This document shows, in pieces, positions 41,376 to 56,722 of a DNA stretch of 64,000 nt. The notes beneath the pieces were generated by a model. The model searched no databases. It was not told the DNA's origin and saw only the letters and a program-made list of their open reading frames with translations. The stretch comes from Octopus vulgaris (lineage: Eukaryota). A program made the position numbers and the translations under genes. Within the stretch, counting starts at the first letter, position 1; each line of letters opens with the position of its first letter. The stretch is from assembly GCA_951406725.2 (NCBI GenBank), contig OX597816.1, positions 18,290,001-18,354,000 on the forward strand, given 5' to 3'.

Positions 41376-41447
41376 TACTTCTGTAATATCCTGCCGTACA
41401 CAGAGCAGTTATTAATTTTGTGTTTACGGAATTCCACATATGCCAGA

Positions 41448-41707
41448 GTGGAGGCGCGTGGTTTAGTGGCCAGGGTGTCAGCATCATAATCGCAAGATTG
41501 TGATTTCGATTCTTGGACCGGGCGACGCGTTGTGTTCTTCAGCAAAACACTTCATTCCACGTTGCTCCTGATCACTCAGCTGGCAAAAAAGGAGTAACGC
41601 TGCGATGGACTGGCGTCCCGTCCAACTGGGGAACACATACACCATTGAAACCGGGAAACCGGGCCCATGAGCCTGGCTAGGGTTTAAAAGGGCGCATTTA
41701 TTTATTT
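41448..41707 (+). mobile_element. tRNA-head SINE sharing tail type 2
   Basis: Related head; tail as in 16540-16635; TSD ACATATGCCA. Confidence 0.8.
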
Positions 41708-42252
41708 ACATATGCCACAACATATAACTTTCATTACCAATGTCAAGAATGTATATAAGCGTGTATCTTCAATAGCCGATGCCATTTTGGGGATAAACAA
41801 ATATTTGACACCGTCCTGTGCATAACGTGTAATAGTCTGGAGCATTTCAACACATTATGGAATACAAAACATGCCATTTACCGATTATATCCAACTGCGA
41901 AAGGACATGTTTCATTTCAACAATGAGAATACCACCATTTATTGGAATTATGAATCATTACTTAAGCTCACGATTAAAAATTTATAGAAAAACATAACTG
42001 AAATTATAAAACGCACCAGCATCTTTCACAACTATTTAAAATATAAATTACACTTCTTCATTCAATAAATTACTTTTCGGAACCCCGAATTATGAAAGTT
42101 ATTTACAGATAAAGAATATTCAAAATTTAACGGGATGTTAACTGAAATATTAAAAATAAACATATGAAGAAGAGAAAGACATTTAATTCAACATTCAACG
42201 AGATATAGAATGGAATCATTTACTTCGATCCTCCTTTAATTTACCTTATATG

Positions 42253-43378
42253 CTTCTTTATTACCCACTAGGGGCTAAACACAGAGGGAACAAACAAGGA
42301 CAGACAAACGGATTAAGTCGATTACATCGACCACAGTGCGTGACTGGTACTTAATTCATCGACCCCGAAAGGATGAAAGGCAAAGTCGACCTCGGCGGAA
42401 TTTGAACTCAGAACGTAGCGACGGGCGAAATACCGAGAAGCACTTCGCCCGGCGTGCTAACGTCTCTGCCATCTCGCCGCCTTTCCTTTAATTTACCTTA
42501 TAAGGAGTGAACGATCATGTTTTGTTAAAAAAAACATAAAATTGAGGGTTATATTTTATTAGTTTCTAAAAGATTATTTTCTTCAAACTTCCTTACCCAA
42601 GAAAAATTATTTGAAATTTTAGTTACAAATTTTTGCAGAAAGACAGTAATTTCGGGAAAGGTGGAGGAATAGGTCGATTACATCGACCCCAGTGTTCAAC
42701 GGGTACCTTGTCTATCGACCCGAAAATGATGAAAGGCAAAGCCAGTCTTAGTGGCATGTGAACTCAAAACGTAAAGATATTTGAAATATAAAAATAGACT
42801 TTAGTAAAACGCCGTGTGAGGAAACCATTGAAAGCTAATTATCAATAACTAAAAAAAATTACCGAAGAAATTTGATAACTTTTAAAAATAAGTGATTCTG
42901 CAAGTAAATGAAAGGCAATATAGCATTTTCCCAATAAATGAATAGAGAACGGCATTTGAATAAACTTGGTGAGCAGGCAGAAACGTTGGCATGCCGGGCG
43001 AAATGCGTGGCCGTATTTCAACTGCCGTTACGTTCTGAGTTCAAATTCCGACCGAGGTCGACTTTGCCTTTCATCCTTTCGGAGTCGATAAATTAAGTAC
43101 CAGTTACGCACTGGGGTCGATATAATCGACTTATCCGTTTGTCTGTCCTTGCTTGTCCCCTCTGTGTTTCACCCCTTGTGGGTAGTAAGGAAATAGGTAT
43201 TTCGTCTGCCGCAACGTCCTGAGTTCAATTTCCGACCGAGGTCGACTTTGCCTTTCATCCATTCTGGATCGATAAATTAAGTACCAGTTACGCACTGGAA
43301 TCGATATAATCGACTTAATCCATATGTCTGTGCTTGTTTGCTCTCTCTGTGTTCAGTCCCTTGTAGGTAGTAAAGACA
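42253..43378. mobile_element. SINE family C copies (42253-42482 -, 42670-42775 fragment, 42970-43378 + dimer)
   Basis: Homology; TSD TCCTTTAATTTACCTTATA around the first copy. Confidence 0.8.
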
Positions 43379-44043
43379 TATATGTGTAAATAGCACATAA
43401 GAATCTGCATATTATTTACAGAAAACCTGTTAGATTTATACTGATAAAAAGTATCAAAAATAGGGTGACATAATACACAAATCATATACCATGTATCACT
43501 GCCAATTATTTTATATTAGTCGAGGAGCCGTAATGCAAATGCGTTGGCATATCAGACTAAGCAGGTGTTGAGTTTGTATGCTGGTAAATTTTGCTTTCTG
43601 TTAATGAGACGGTTTTGACGAAAATTCTTCCTGTACAGGAAAATACTTGAACGGAAGAAGTGTCTGTAAAAGTTTTCTCCTTCACAGCATTTTATTAACT
43701 TAATAATGTTGAAATTTAGACGGCGAAATATTTCCAATATCAAGTATTAGTACAAAACCTGAAGATATAATCATGAAACCAACACGAAAATGTTAGTTAT
43801 TTAACATTGCGGATTTATCATCATCGTATTATCTTCAACGTAACCAACCACATCTTTTGTTGCAATGTATCAACGACTACCTCTGTAATTAATAGTTTAA
43901 CTAATATACTTGTCAAATGAAGTCATGATCTTCTCATTAATATTTTACAGGAATCAATTACAAAGATATTTTAATGTAGAGGTGACTCAGCTTATAATTA
44001 TTTTTAGAGTAACAACACCGATATATGTGTGTAAGTATGTATG

Positions 44044-44077
<34 letters not shown>

Positions 44078-44243
44078 TGTATGTATGTATGTATGTATGT
44101 ATGCATGCATGTATGTATGTATGTATGTATGTATGTATGTATGTATGTATGCATGTATGTACGTATGTATGCATGTGTATGTATGTAATCTTGTATGTTT
44201 GTATATTTAGTTGTATATGTTTACATGTATATTTGTACGTATG

Positions 44244-44287
<44 letters not shown>

Positions 44288-44805
44288 TATATATATGTAT
44301 ATATATTTGTACGTATCTATATGTAAATACATGTGTATATATACGAATATATATACGAATAATATACATATATACATATACGCAAACGCACACATACATA
44401 TGTATATATATATGTATTTTGCTATGGAGTTGATAAGTTTATATTTGAACGATAGTTTAATTGAAAGAAAATAGAGGTTAAACACCCCACTAATCAGGTT
44501 GATATTGCATAATATTTCAATTAATGAAGTCTTGTAAAATTGATTTAAATCTTCCAAATACCAGGTTGATTTAGTAAAAATAGATTTTCTCTGACTTAAT
44601 ATAACAAATGTTAGCAAATATTCTTGAAAGATAGCTAGTGAAATTGCAGGTGCGTAAAATGGAAAGCTCAAGAATTTGTAATGTTTTAATTTGTCTCAGA
44701 GGTATTCAACCCCGAAGGAACGAAACTGATTTAGTGTTAGTCTGGATATGTTCTAAGAACAGACTGTAAGCGGAATTACTAAATATTTAATATATACATA
44801 CAAAT

Positions 44806-45180
44806 AGGCACAGGAGTGGTTGTGTGGTAAATAGCTTGCTTATAAACCACATGCTTCCGGGTTTATTCCCACTGCGTGGCACCTTGGGCTAATGTTTTCT
44901 ACTATAGTCTCGGGCCGACCAAAACCTTCTGAATGGATTTGGTAGTTGGAAACTGAAAGTAGCTCGTCTTATATATGAGTCTGTGTTTGTCCCCCCAACG
45001 TAGCCGGACAACCGATGCCGGTGTGTTTATGTCTCCGTAACTTAGCGGTTCGGCAAAAGTGACCGACAGCATAAGTACTAGGTAAATGATTGAACCGAAT
45101 AAAATAAAATAAATATGTACACTCACATAAACATGTACATAATACAAAGGCGCGAACATATATGTGAGTGTGTGTGTGCA

Positions 45181-45254
<74 letters not shown>

Positions 45255-45296
45255 CCTACCTACCTACCTACATACATACATACATACATACATACA

Positions 45297-45333
<37 letters not shown>

Positions 45334-46205
45334 ACTCTTACTTTTTTATTCGTTTAAAGCTAGAGCACCGCCTTTAGTCGCACAAATCAACTCCAGGACT
45401 TATTATTTGTAAGCCTAGTACTTATTCTATAGGTGCCATTTGCCGAACCGATATGTTACAGCGATATAAACACACCATCATGGTTGTCAAGCGATGGTGG
45501 GGTAACAGACACATACACACATATATTTATGCACACACGTTATCTGATCAAATATCCAGCAAAATTTGGACCACATTTGATCCGCATATCTGGACCCTTG
45601 GATCTTCAGGTATTTTGGGACTCAACGTAACTATATACTTCGAATATAAAACAAATTACGAATAGTAAAAACCTAATTTATAGTAAATATTTTCAAATTA
45701 ATTCTCATCAAAAGCAGTTCGTCCTTGATATTATCTATCTTCTTTGGCGGCCAACTGGCAGAAACGTTAGCATGCCGGGTGAAATGCTGAGCGGTATTTC
45801 GTCTGTCTTTACATTCTGAATTCAAATTCTGCCAAGGTCGACTTTGCCTTTGATACTTTCGGGGTCGCTTAAATAAGTACCTGTTACACACTGGGGTCGA
45901 TGAAATCGACTTAATTCCTTTGTCTGTCCTTGTTTGTCCCATCTATGATTAGCCCCCTGTGGGCAAGAAAAATAGATATTATTAATCTACGAAGGTGGCG
46001 AGCTGGCAGAAACGTTAGTACACCGGGCGAAATGCTTAGCGTTTTTTCCTTTGTCTTTACGTTCTGAGTTAAAATTCCTCCGAGGTCGACTTTGTCTTTC
46101 AGTCTTTCGGGTTCGATAAATTAAGTACCAGTCGTGTACTGCGGTCGATCTATTCGACTGGTCCTCTCCCACCCAAATTTCAGGCATTGTGCCTAGAGTA
46201 GAAAA
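44806..46205. mobile_element. Diverged SINE family B and C copies
   Basis: B at 44806-45085 (+) and 45340-45510 (-); C at 45745-45970 and 45992-46205 (+). Confidence 0.7.
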
Positions 46206-47560
46206 GGATATTATTAGCCCACTTAAATTCTCCACATATATCATGTATATATTCATATATTCATATTATATATCAATACTTCAGTCTTGATTTTGTATTT
46301 CTTTTACTGGAAATGCTCTACGGCGTTTGTTAATGGTATTGAAACCGATTTGGTATTGCTTTTACGTGTCTAGTTTGTACCTAGGTGGCAGATGTATGAC
46401 GGTCGTATTCTCAGAAACCTACTGGAGTTCTGAGTTCTTGCAGTATCTATAATTTGTAGAACCATTCAGAAATGCGGCTGCCAACCTTGCACTGGCGAAA
46501 GCCGAGAAAACCTGGGGGAAAATCGTGCACCCAGTTTGCCTTCCCTGCAAGGAAACTTTATTCATCTTATCCCCCTTCATGCTGTTGAAAGTAAGAAAAC
46601 TATATATTTACATCTACTTACAAATAGATCTGCTCCTAATAACCTACGCAACATTGTAAACGGCAATGAAACTACGCCGGGTAAGTACTGTCATTACATC
46701 CTTATGCATTATAAATATAGTGTTAACACATCAAAGTGTCTCTCTATGCATTAAACAGTAGAGAAACAGACACAATTATGGTTCAAACATTTATACCAGA
46801 CGAATGAATCACACTAAAATTACTATAGAAGTTTGAGTTATTTCATCCACAGACATACCCAGTACCTGAGTATCAATTTATGTTAATATCACTCATACAT
46901 CATAAACTACTGGAACACCGATACAATAAATCAAAGCTAATCATTAAATAGAACATGTAACGAAATAAAATGGGAAATGAAATTACAACAAAAGTCCTTC
47001 CCTGAAACGTTAAATAAATCATATGTTCTCTTCTGACACATCATCGATTCAAGTAAATATGGAGCATAAAAACTTAATTGAAATGTCTTATCATTGACGT
47101 TTGTGACAAAAGTCTCTCAATGAGGGAACACTTTATTTACTGTGAAGCAGAATTTATATTATACAAACCACATCTAATACTTCTCGATAGACTAGACATA
47201 TCTATCAGAAAACAGCAATCACTCCTGTATCAGAATGTTTAGCAACAGCGACGAGGGAGAGTGTAAATATATCAGAAACACTAACCGAAAGGCACTAGCC
47301 TTTTATTAAATTTATAGAATATGCAGAAAATAATTGAAAATGTTCATTATAATATATACAGACCAGTGGTGTGTAACTATATTTATTACATGCGATTTCC
47401 TGATTATTACAGCTACGTAGCTGGTTGTAAATCAGCTAAAGACAGAATGATATATTCTGCACTTTGCTGAATTATCTTCCAAACCACAATAGCCGTTAAA
47501 TATGTTGCAAGTAACAAGTATTGTTTGAATAGCAGGTACTTATATATAAACTTTGGTATA

Positions 47561-47815
47561 CAGCAATCTTTCGCCATATAGCGATTCACCTATCACGGTT
47601 CACCTATCGCATTTCACATATGGCGGTTTATTATTTAAGCTTACGTCGATTCTTCTGTGCTATTTTGTATTGCATTTATGATAAAATAAATTTATACAAA
47701 TTATAAAAATAATTTTTTTAAATATACAGTACAATATTATTTCTACTACGCGGATTTTCACCTATCGCGGGGTAGGGGTTGGAACGTAACACCCGCGATA
47801 GTAGAGGGATTACTG
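47561..47815. mobile_element. Tigger/pogo-like MITE
   Basis: Imperfect TIRs CAGCAATCTTTCGCCATATAGCG / CGCGATAGTAGAGGGATTACTG, left TA. Confidence 0.6.
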
Positions 47816-48835
47816 CAGCTTTATTTGAGAATCAGAATTCGAAGTTCATACAAGAGACGATTTATAATATTTTTGTATAATTGTATCGATATGTTGTTGC
47901 AAAATTGATATCGTTTGCACGATTTTCTATCATCGTTATCGGTTCCCTTAAATATACGTGTTGATATCACACCACAGTCATTTCAATGTTTGCCTGAAGC
48001 GTATGGATTCCAATGGATAATTTTTCCTTCTTTCATTCTTTCTTTCATTTTCTTTTCCTCTTCTGTTTTCTGGTCGAAGTCATTAAAATGCAGAAGTAGA
48101 CTTAATTTGTATCGTCTCTAATATATTATTCGTACTTATTTCGCCGACTACAGCTGGATGAATATTAAAATCATCTAAAGTGTATAAAACTAGCAAATAA
48201 AAACGACTTTATTAAATTGTCTAAGTTCGGCCATGCAAAATCTAATAAGCGCCGCCATTCCGATGCAACTAAGTCATAAAAACGTAACAAATCATTATTG
48301 TTCTATTAAGACGAAAAACGAATATTTCCCAGACATTATTATTATTTTTATGTCAATTATTTTCTTTCGTAAATCGCAATCTCACCCTCCCTTCATCTAA
48401 ACATTTAGTTGGCTATAATCATTCGGTTATCGAATATTTCCACCAACTTTTCTCAAACTGGTACTCATATAAATATTTTCAGTTTCCGTTTATTGATTAT
48501 AGACACAGAAAGTGTATTTTTAGCGAAAAATCATAAGTAATAAGAAACATTAATATCTCTCTGAAATGCATTAGATGATTAAATGAAAATAATTAGTTTC
48601 CAACACGAAATCGAAATTGCTTTCCGGCACAACTTATAAGAGCCTCCCAATTATATTACAGCATACATCACCGCGATATTCATGATGAACAATCACTTAC
48701 AAGTGAAACCTGGTCCGCAGAAACAATGTTGGAATATACGCCGCTTGTATATACATGTGCTGTGCTGTGTGTTTATATGTGTGTATGTGTGCGTATATGT
48801 GTGTGTACGACAGGCTTCCATTTTGTCTATTAAAA

Positions 48836-48884
<49 letters not shown>

Positions 48885-49826
48885 AGAGAGAGAGAGATGT
48901 GTGTGTATGTGTGTTAACGATACTCGAGAACAATCTATACAAAGTGAATAATAGAATTTTTTTCCGCATACAACAGATAAAGATTTATTCTCCAACATAA
49001 AGCGAAATTATTTCTAAACGAGATGAATTGAAACTCTATTAGTATATATCAATTCTTTATTAATAATTTATGAAAGAGAATGCAGCCATTACATCACCTA
49101 TCGCAACCAAACTCTTAAGGAATAGTACAGAAACACCAAGAGAAACAATTTCATAATTCCTCATAATTATAAAGTCACAAACCTAAAAATCATCGAGCGC
49201 ACTGCAGCTAAGTGAGGAACATACTTAAATTTTACGGAGACCTCTATGTTTACTGATAAATACATTCATGGGACAAATATACCATTCTGTATCTATTGTG
49301 GTGGAGTTACACTTCCTGAATCATGTACCTCTCGCCCTCATAAATTCTGCAAACTAAAGATTAGGGTATTGAAAGCCTATAACTTCGATATTTCCTACGC
49401 ATGGTATAAAACAATGTTCCGCAGCATTTTTTCATTGGGGTACTCTTATATTTTTTTCAAAATTCGGTGACGCACCTGAACTAAAAATATAACTAGAAAA
49501 TATTATGTTCAGGTTCACTGCGTATCACCTAACATCGCCTCGTGGGACTGGTATAAACTATAAAAATCTAAGAAACCAAGAAACAAAACAAGAATAAAAA
49601 GAGAAGGCGTGTAATATAGCAGCTGCGAGATATTACCCAAGATGTATGTTTAAGGTCACATCTCTATTTGTATGCACAGTTACGTCTTGACTCCACTAGC
49701 TTCAGGGGACTAATAAAATAGCATAAGATATCCACAAAATATTATTAGATACGAGACAAGTAAAGAATATCAGCAAATATTTATGTACAAAGAACAGACT
49801 AATGGTATCTGAATTCAAACGGATAT

Positions 49827-50212
49827 GGATGGAAGCACTCCGGTCGGTTACGACGATGAGGGTTCCGGTTGATCCGATCAACGGAACAGCCTGCTCGTGA
49901 AATTAACGTGTAAGTGGCTGAGCACTCCACAGACACGTGTACCCTTAACGTAGTTCTCGGGGATATTCAGCGTGACACAGAGAGTGACAAGGCCGGCCCT
50001 TTGAAATACAGGTACAACAGAAACAGGAAGTAAGAGTGAGAGAAAGAGTTGTGAAAGAGTACAGCGGGGATCACCACCATCCCTGCCAGAGCCTCGTGCA
50101 GCTTTAGATGTTTTCGCTCAATAAACACTCACAACGCCCGGTCTGGGAATCGAAATCGCGATCCTACGACCGCGAGTCCGCTGCCCTAACCACTGGGCCA
50201 TTGCGCCTCCAC
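49827..50212 (-). mobile_element. SINE family A (tail type 3)
   Basis: TSD TCAAACGGATAT. Confidence 0.88.
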
Positions 50213-50730
50213 TCAAACGGATATATTCGTACGTCGAATTTGAATTAGATGTTTTATAGCACACGTTGTGTAATGAAGGAAAATAATTAAAACCATAAAT
50301 ATATCAGGAAATTGTATCATTATATAGTTTTAGCATTATGTTTAACACAGTAGGAATAAAGATAATATTTTAAACAAATGATAATTTTCATCATTTAAAA
50401 GTATATTAAAAAACAAAATCGGGATATAATCAGACATGATTTCTTTGTACCGAACATTTAATTTTGACTTTCCAATGTTTCGCATTATTAGACTGCAGTC
50501 TTTTTATAGAGCTCAAATGTTACTTGATAAATATTGCAATAATAATCGATATTTAGGATCTAACACGTACGCAAACACAAACAAAACGTACACATTTATA
50601 AGTGAGTACAGCATGCGATTAATATATTCTCATCTAAATTACGCAAAAATGAAAATAACACTGAGAACTCATTTTAACAGAAGTATTACCAAAATTACAT
50701 AAAAATATCTCGAAATACTAAAGAGTAAAT

Positions 50731-51443
50731 TTATTCAATAAAATCGCCATTGGCTTCGAGCACGGCCTCCAAACGACTTCGGAATCTTCTGCAACTCTTC
50801 TGGACGATCTCCTTTTTTACGGTAGTGAATGCTACCATAAGCCTTGCCTTCAGTTCAACTTTGGTGTTACAAGGAGTTTTGATTGTCTTTCGTTCAACTG
50901 CGCCCCACACATAATAATCTGGGGAGTTAGGTGGCCAGATGTTCAGGGTCGTGTGAGTGCAGAAATTGTCTGACACCCATTACTGGGCTCTCCTGCCTGA
51001 GTAGCATAGCGGAGAATCCTGTTATCAGACATAGAGTATTGACCCAGGGCAGCACTATTTCGTCCAGGTATTTGATGTAGGCTTCCGTGTTGATTCTGAG
51101 GGCGTGGGGTAAGATGAATGGAGGCATAAAGTTGCCATCACTAGTGATCATTCCAAACACCATGAGGTTGATTGGATGTTTGATTTTTCTCACTCTCGGT
51201 ACATGATTTGGGGACACGGCAAGCCAACGGTTGTTCCGTGTGATCACTAGCTGTTCGTATTTCAGTTTCTGTTGCGAATACCAAACAGTATAGCGGAGTG
51301 AATTGCGACATGGTGCTGTGTTTCTCATAGACAGTGCCCATCTGATCCTACTATACAGTGTAGTCAATAAAATCAAAAACAAACGATGCGCAATGGCGAA
51401 ATTAAAAATATAAAATGGTGACCATTTTATCCACCAAAGTATA
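50731..51443 (-). pseudogene. Degraded Tc1/mariner (maT-like) transposase remnant
   Basis: Fragments KHPINLMVFGMITSDG, WPPNSPD..YYVWGAVE, RLEAVLEANGDFIE. Confidence 0.8.
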
Positions 51444-51456
51444 TGTGTTTGTGTGC

Positions 51457-51498
<42 letters not shown>

Positions 51499-52045
51499 CA
51501 GTTTCTATACGCCCATGTATAATAATATGTAGGCCAGATATTTCATCCGAATGTAAGTAGAAGTAGATGTAGCAACAGAAATATAATGAATCACAGTAAA
51601 TGATCGCAACTGACGGCACTCCATCCAGGATCTTGATATACTTGCACGATATGTATCTTTATTGTATTTTAATATGTCTCTACAGTATCCTATATAATAT
51701 AGGATAAAACTATTATCTTTAAACATATTTAGAACGCGTTATTGCTCCAACTTGTCATATAAATGTCAAATATTATTAAGTGGCCGTTTTGCGAACTATC
51801 TAAATTCATTTATTTCTTATTCACATTGGGAATATTATTTGCCAGTTTATAGCTGTGAATATTTCAGCTTTATACATTATTTAAGAAACTATTTCACGTC
51901 TTGTTCAATGCTGTATAAAACCTTACACAATGTTTCATTTACGCACTTAATAATAACTTATTGACATATATTCTTTAATAGCCATTGTCAAATTAATCGT
52001 AACGAATTCATTTCGCTTTTATCCACGGCGGTTGTTCTAACGGGA

Positions 52046-52280
52046 AAGGCGATGAGCCGGCAGAATCGTTACGTTGCCGGGCGAAATGCTTAGTGGTATT
52101 TCGTCTGCCATTACATTCTGAGTTCAAATTCCGCCGAGGTCGACTTTGCCTTTCAACTTTTCGGGGTCGCTTAAATAAGTACCAGTTACGCACTGGGGGT
52201 CGATATAATCGACTTAACCCGTCTGTCTGTCTCTGTTTGTCCTCTGCGTTTAGCCCCTTGTGGGTAGTAAAGAAGTAGGT
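52046..52280 (+). mobile_element. SINE family C monomer
   Basis: Homology; flanking GGTTGTTCTAACGGGA duplicated (TSD). Confidence 0.85.
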
Positions 52281-52912
52281 TGTTCTAACGGGATAGTCTA
52301 TGTCAATAATTTTGTTTCTCGAATGGCTAAGTACGAAATCCGTGTTGCAGACCATTACTAGTTCTGTTAGTGAATTTTATTATCGATATCAAAATACATT
52401 TTTGTGAGAGATATGACCAGATTTACACTCTACCCGTTCTAGTGATAGGGTGGTATTATCATTAATAAACTACCTTAGAGTTGTTATTTTTTCTTTTACT
52501 TACGCACATGTACCACAACCAGGAGATTGCAGTTAGATTCAATGTATATGGTTAAAACTGGTGGCTTTAAAAGTCATACATTACATACTTTGGTGTTATG
52601 CGTATTTTAACAAAATATCAATCCGTTAGTTATCAAACTTTACAGTTATAGTAAGCACTTCACTTGCACTTAGACATGTTGAAATAAATGAAAAGATTGC
52701 TTCCCATATACATACATACATACATACATACGCACATACATACATACATACATACATACATACATACATACATACATACATACATACATACATACATACA
52801 CACACATACATACATACAAACATAAAACATATATACATAGAAGTCGACTCCGACATCGGGACCAACCCCCTGCAAGCATGAAGGCACGCTGACTGAATTC
52901 GTTTACAATATT

Positions 52913-53495
52913 GAAAAGAAAAATATAGTACGAAAGAAAAAAATTGTGTTCTCACCAGCAATACCCATCAAGCAAGGAGGATTGCAGAAAAACGAAGGCG
53001 AGAGTCTCAAGACATAAGGGCCATGAGGCTTTCTCAAGATTTGCAAAGCCGTGCTGCGGAACGTAACATGGAGTTTCGGGAAAGAAGGAAGAGGAGACTT
53101 TCTCAAGATCAACAAAGACATCCTGCAGCACGTCCGATTGGGTCTCAAGAGAGAAAGGAGATGATACATTCTCATTGAATCATTAAAACAGCGTTTACCA
53201 CGCCAGATTACTCAGAGGTACAAAAATACCATAGCACTCAGAAGTAAACTACGCAAAAATTCGTTCTTCACAACTCCTGGAGTTCCTTACAGATATGATC
53301 TGTTCCATTCTTATAAAAATTAAAATGTTGTTCAAATTACTGTGCGAAACTCAAATTCTCGTTTCTGCACAGCATTAACATTTACTCTACAAATGTTTTG
53401 TCGTCAAACTGCACTTTCGGGTATCATATATATATATATATATATATATACATACATACAAACTATGCTATCTTAATCCCGAGCAACGGTGGGTA
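52913..53495 (+). mobile_element. Possible Helitron remnant
   Basis: Plus frame ..RRRESQDIRAMRLSQD..RRKRRLSQDQQRH.. (repeated R-rich helical motif); CCCGAGCAACGGTGGG hairpin-like end. Confidence 0.35.
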
Positions 53496-54061
53496 TATAT
53501 ATATATATATATAAATAAACACACACTCACATATGTAAAAAATATTATATATATGCGTGTATCTACATATGTATCCATCCGCATTATTTCCTAGTGTGTG
53601 TCGGTTGAAAGAGTAGATAGATATCTTTCAGCATACAAACACTGTCAAAGTCTCACTCTCTCTCGCGTGTTATGGTGGCCCAATCGATTTTATCTATAAA
53701 CAAAAAAAAAAAACCAACTACAAGTAAGATGAAAATGCAAATATAAGGGATTTTTATAGTTACAATACAACTTGATGAATGTAAAGAGGTCAGTATAATA
53801 TAATAATTACTTCTTTCTACAACTTGATATGAGACTGATAATCAAATTTGTTAATTTTTGAACTGTTAATCTGTCTACAGCACATATATCAAACAGAGAA
53901 AATTCAAATAAAAATATTCATCATTCTGTATTGATGTCACGCATAACGATTAAACGAATTCATTGACATTGTTAATACACCATCTTTTATAGAATACATT
54001 TCGATGAAAATGTATAAAATGTGTAAATGACACTGGCTTTCTAAGGTTTAATATATTTTAT

Positions 54062-54574
54062 GGCGGCGAGCTGGCCGCATCGTTAACACACGAGGCAAAA
54101 TGCTTAGCAGGATTTCGTCTGTCTTTACGTTCTGATTTCAAATTCCGCTCAGGTCGACTTTGTCTTTCATTATTTCAGGGTCGATAAATTAAGTACCAGT
54201 TACACACTGGGGTCGATGTTGTCGACTAGCCCCTCCCTCCAATTTTCAGGCCTTGTACCTATATTAGAAAAGTTTTATATATTACTGAACGGGTAAGCAA
54301 TTCTGTCTTGAATATTATATCGTACTCAAACATTCTACATACGCTTAAACATTTTTTTATTCTTTTATTTGTTTCAATCATTTAACTGCGGCCATGATGG
54401 AGCATCGCCTTTAGTCGATCAAATCAACTGCAGGGCTTAGCTTTTGTGAGCCTAGTTCTTCTATCGATCTCTTCTGCCGCACCGCTAATTTTACTTGGAC
54501 GTAAACACACTGGCATCGATTGCCAATCGATGGTCAGGGGACAAACACAGACACACAAACATATACACGCACGC

Positions 54575-54631
<57 letters not shown>

Positions 54632-54852
54632 TGCACACACCGTGCACGCACGCACACACATACGCACACGCTCACGCTCACACACATATACAACGGGCTT
54701 ATTTCACATTCCATCTGTTAAATCCATTCGCAAGGCTTTGGTCGGCATGAGCCTTTAGTAGAAGACACTTGCACAAAATGCCACGCAGTGAAACTGAACT
54801 AGTAACCATGTCATTGCTAAGTAACCTATCTACCACAAGCTACTCTTACGCC
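54062..54852. mobile_element. SINE family C (54062-54270 +) and family B (54360-54852 -)
   Basis: Homology to families B and C. Confidence 0.75.
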
Positions 54853-55049
54853 ATATACATACATATATATATACATATACATACATTCACACGCGTGCAT
54901 GTACACACACACATACACACATATATACGTATGTGTATATGTCCATAAATGGAATCCTTTTGATTGAATCACAAGCCTGTTTTATTAGAACTGACCTAGA
55001 CATGACAAACTGCACAATGTATGTATATATGTGTATATATATATATATA

Positions 55050-55099
<50 letters not shown>

Positions 55100-55116
55100 C
55101 AAACACACAGACACAA

Positions 55117-55177
<61 letters not shown>

Positions 55178-55500
55178 ATAGGTGCAAGAGTGACTGTGTA
55201 GTAAGTATGTTGCTTATGAACCACATGGTTCCGGGTTCAGTCCCACTGCGTGGCACCTTCGGCAATTTTTTTGTACTATACCCTTGGGCCGAATAATTTA
55301 CTCATTTCCATGCAACGGTTTAAATCCGAGGATTAGCTAAAGTGCGTTGTGTGTGCGTTAAAAGTTACGTCACAAATATTGTTTAGCTATGAAACATATG
55401 TAGTCTTTACTTACCTTTCTCGTTGCTTACATTATCGTACTATACCTTTAGTAGACGGAAACTGAAAGAAGCCAGTTCTATATACACATGCATAAATATT

Positions 55501-55531
<31 letters not shown>

Positions 55532-56255
55532 GATTTTGATTTTGATTTTTCCAGTTTCAGCTGAAGAGCTTTGGCCATGCTATATATATATTGTATGTGT
55601 GTTTCTGTGTGTATGTAAGTCTTTAGTCATTAAGAGAAATAATTTCTATTAAAGCTTGAGTTATTTCTTGAATTAGAATATATCCGTAGGTTTTTACAGA
55701 AATTTGCTGGTGTTGACGTTGCTGTTCGCGTTTCATTTCACAATCAGCAAGCACATGTAATAACATGAAGGTGATAACACCTCAAACTTGGAACCCAAGC
55801 AAATAAATGATTATTTTACTATGGCTGTGTGTGTGATTTCGCATAAATGTATCACTCATAAAGCTTGTCTATTCTTAGCAAAATATAACCTTTTCTCCTT
55901 TCACTGATAGGGTTATACATTCAGTCAGGTATATAGAAATGGATTTATTGAGGTTTCTGAAAAGAATTGCGTGATAAACAAATTCACATATTCAGTGTTT
56001 ATCTTCATATGATAAGCAGTGATTTTTTTTTTTAATAATCTAGTCAGAAGGCAAGTGATACGTGCGGGTAGGAGAGTAATCAGATTTACATGCATACAAT
56101 GCGTAGCTGGTATTTTATTATATCGACACCGGTAAGAGAGAAGGTGAGCTGACCTTGGAGGAAGCCTCAACTCAAGTCTTAAGCAACTAGGTTATATTTC
56201 GCAAGGTACTTTTCCCGACGCGTAGCGGTTATGTCAATTCATGACTCTACATACC

Positions 56256-56722
56256 TATTTCTTTACTACCCACAAGAGGCTAAACACAGAGAGGACAAAC
56301 GAATTAAGCTGATATACCGACACCAGTGCGTAACTGGTACATACTTAAGCGACCCCGAAAGGATGAAAGGCAAAGTAGACATCGGCGGAATTTGAACTCA
56401 GAACGTAGCGGCAGACGAAATATTGCTAAGCATGTCGCCCGGCGTGCTAACGATTCTGCCAGCTCGCCGCCTTAAAGACAGAAGAAATACTTATTTCTTT
56501 ACTACCCACAAGGGGCTAAACATTGAGAGGACAAACAAGGACAGTCAAACGGATTGAGTCGATTACATCGACTCCAGTTTGTAATTGGTACTTAATTTAT
56601 CGACCCGGAAAGGATGAAAGGCAAAGTTGACCTCGGCGGAATTTGAACTCAGAACGTAACGGCAGACGAAATACAGTTGCGCATTTCGCCTAGCATGCAA
56701 ATTTTCTGCCAGCTCGCCGCCT
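56256..56722 (-). mobile_element. SINE family C dimer within one TSD
   Basis: 18-bp TSD TTCATGACTCTACATACC at 56238-56255 and 56723-56740. Confidence 0.85.
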
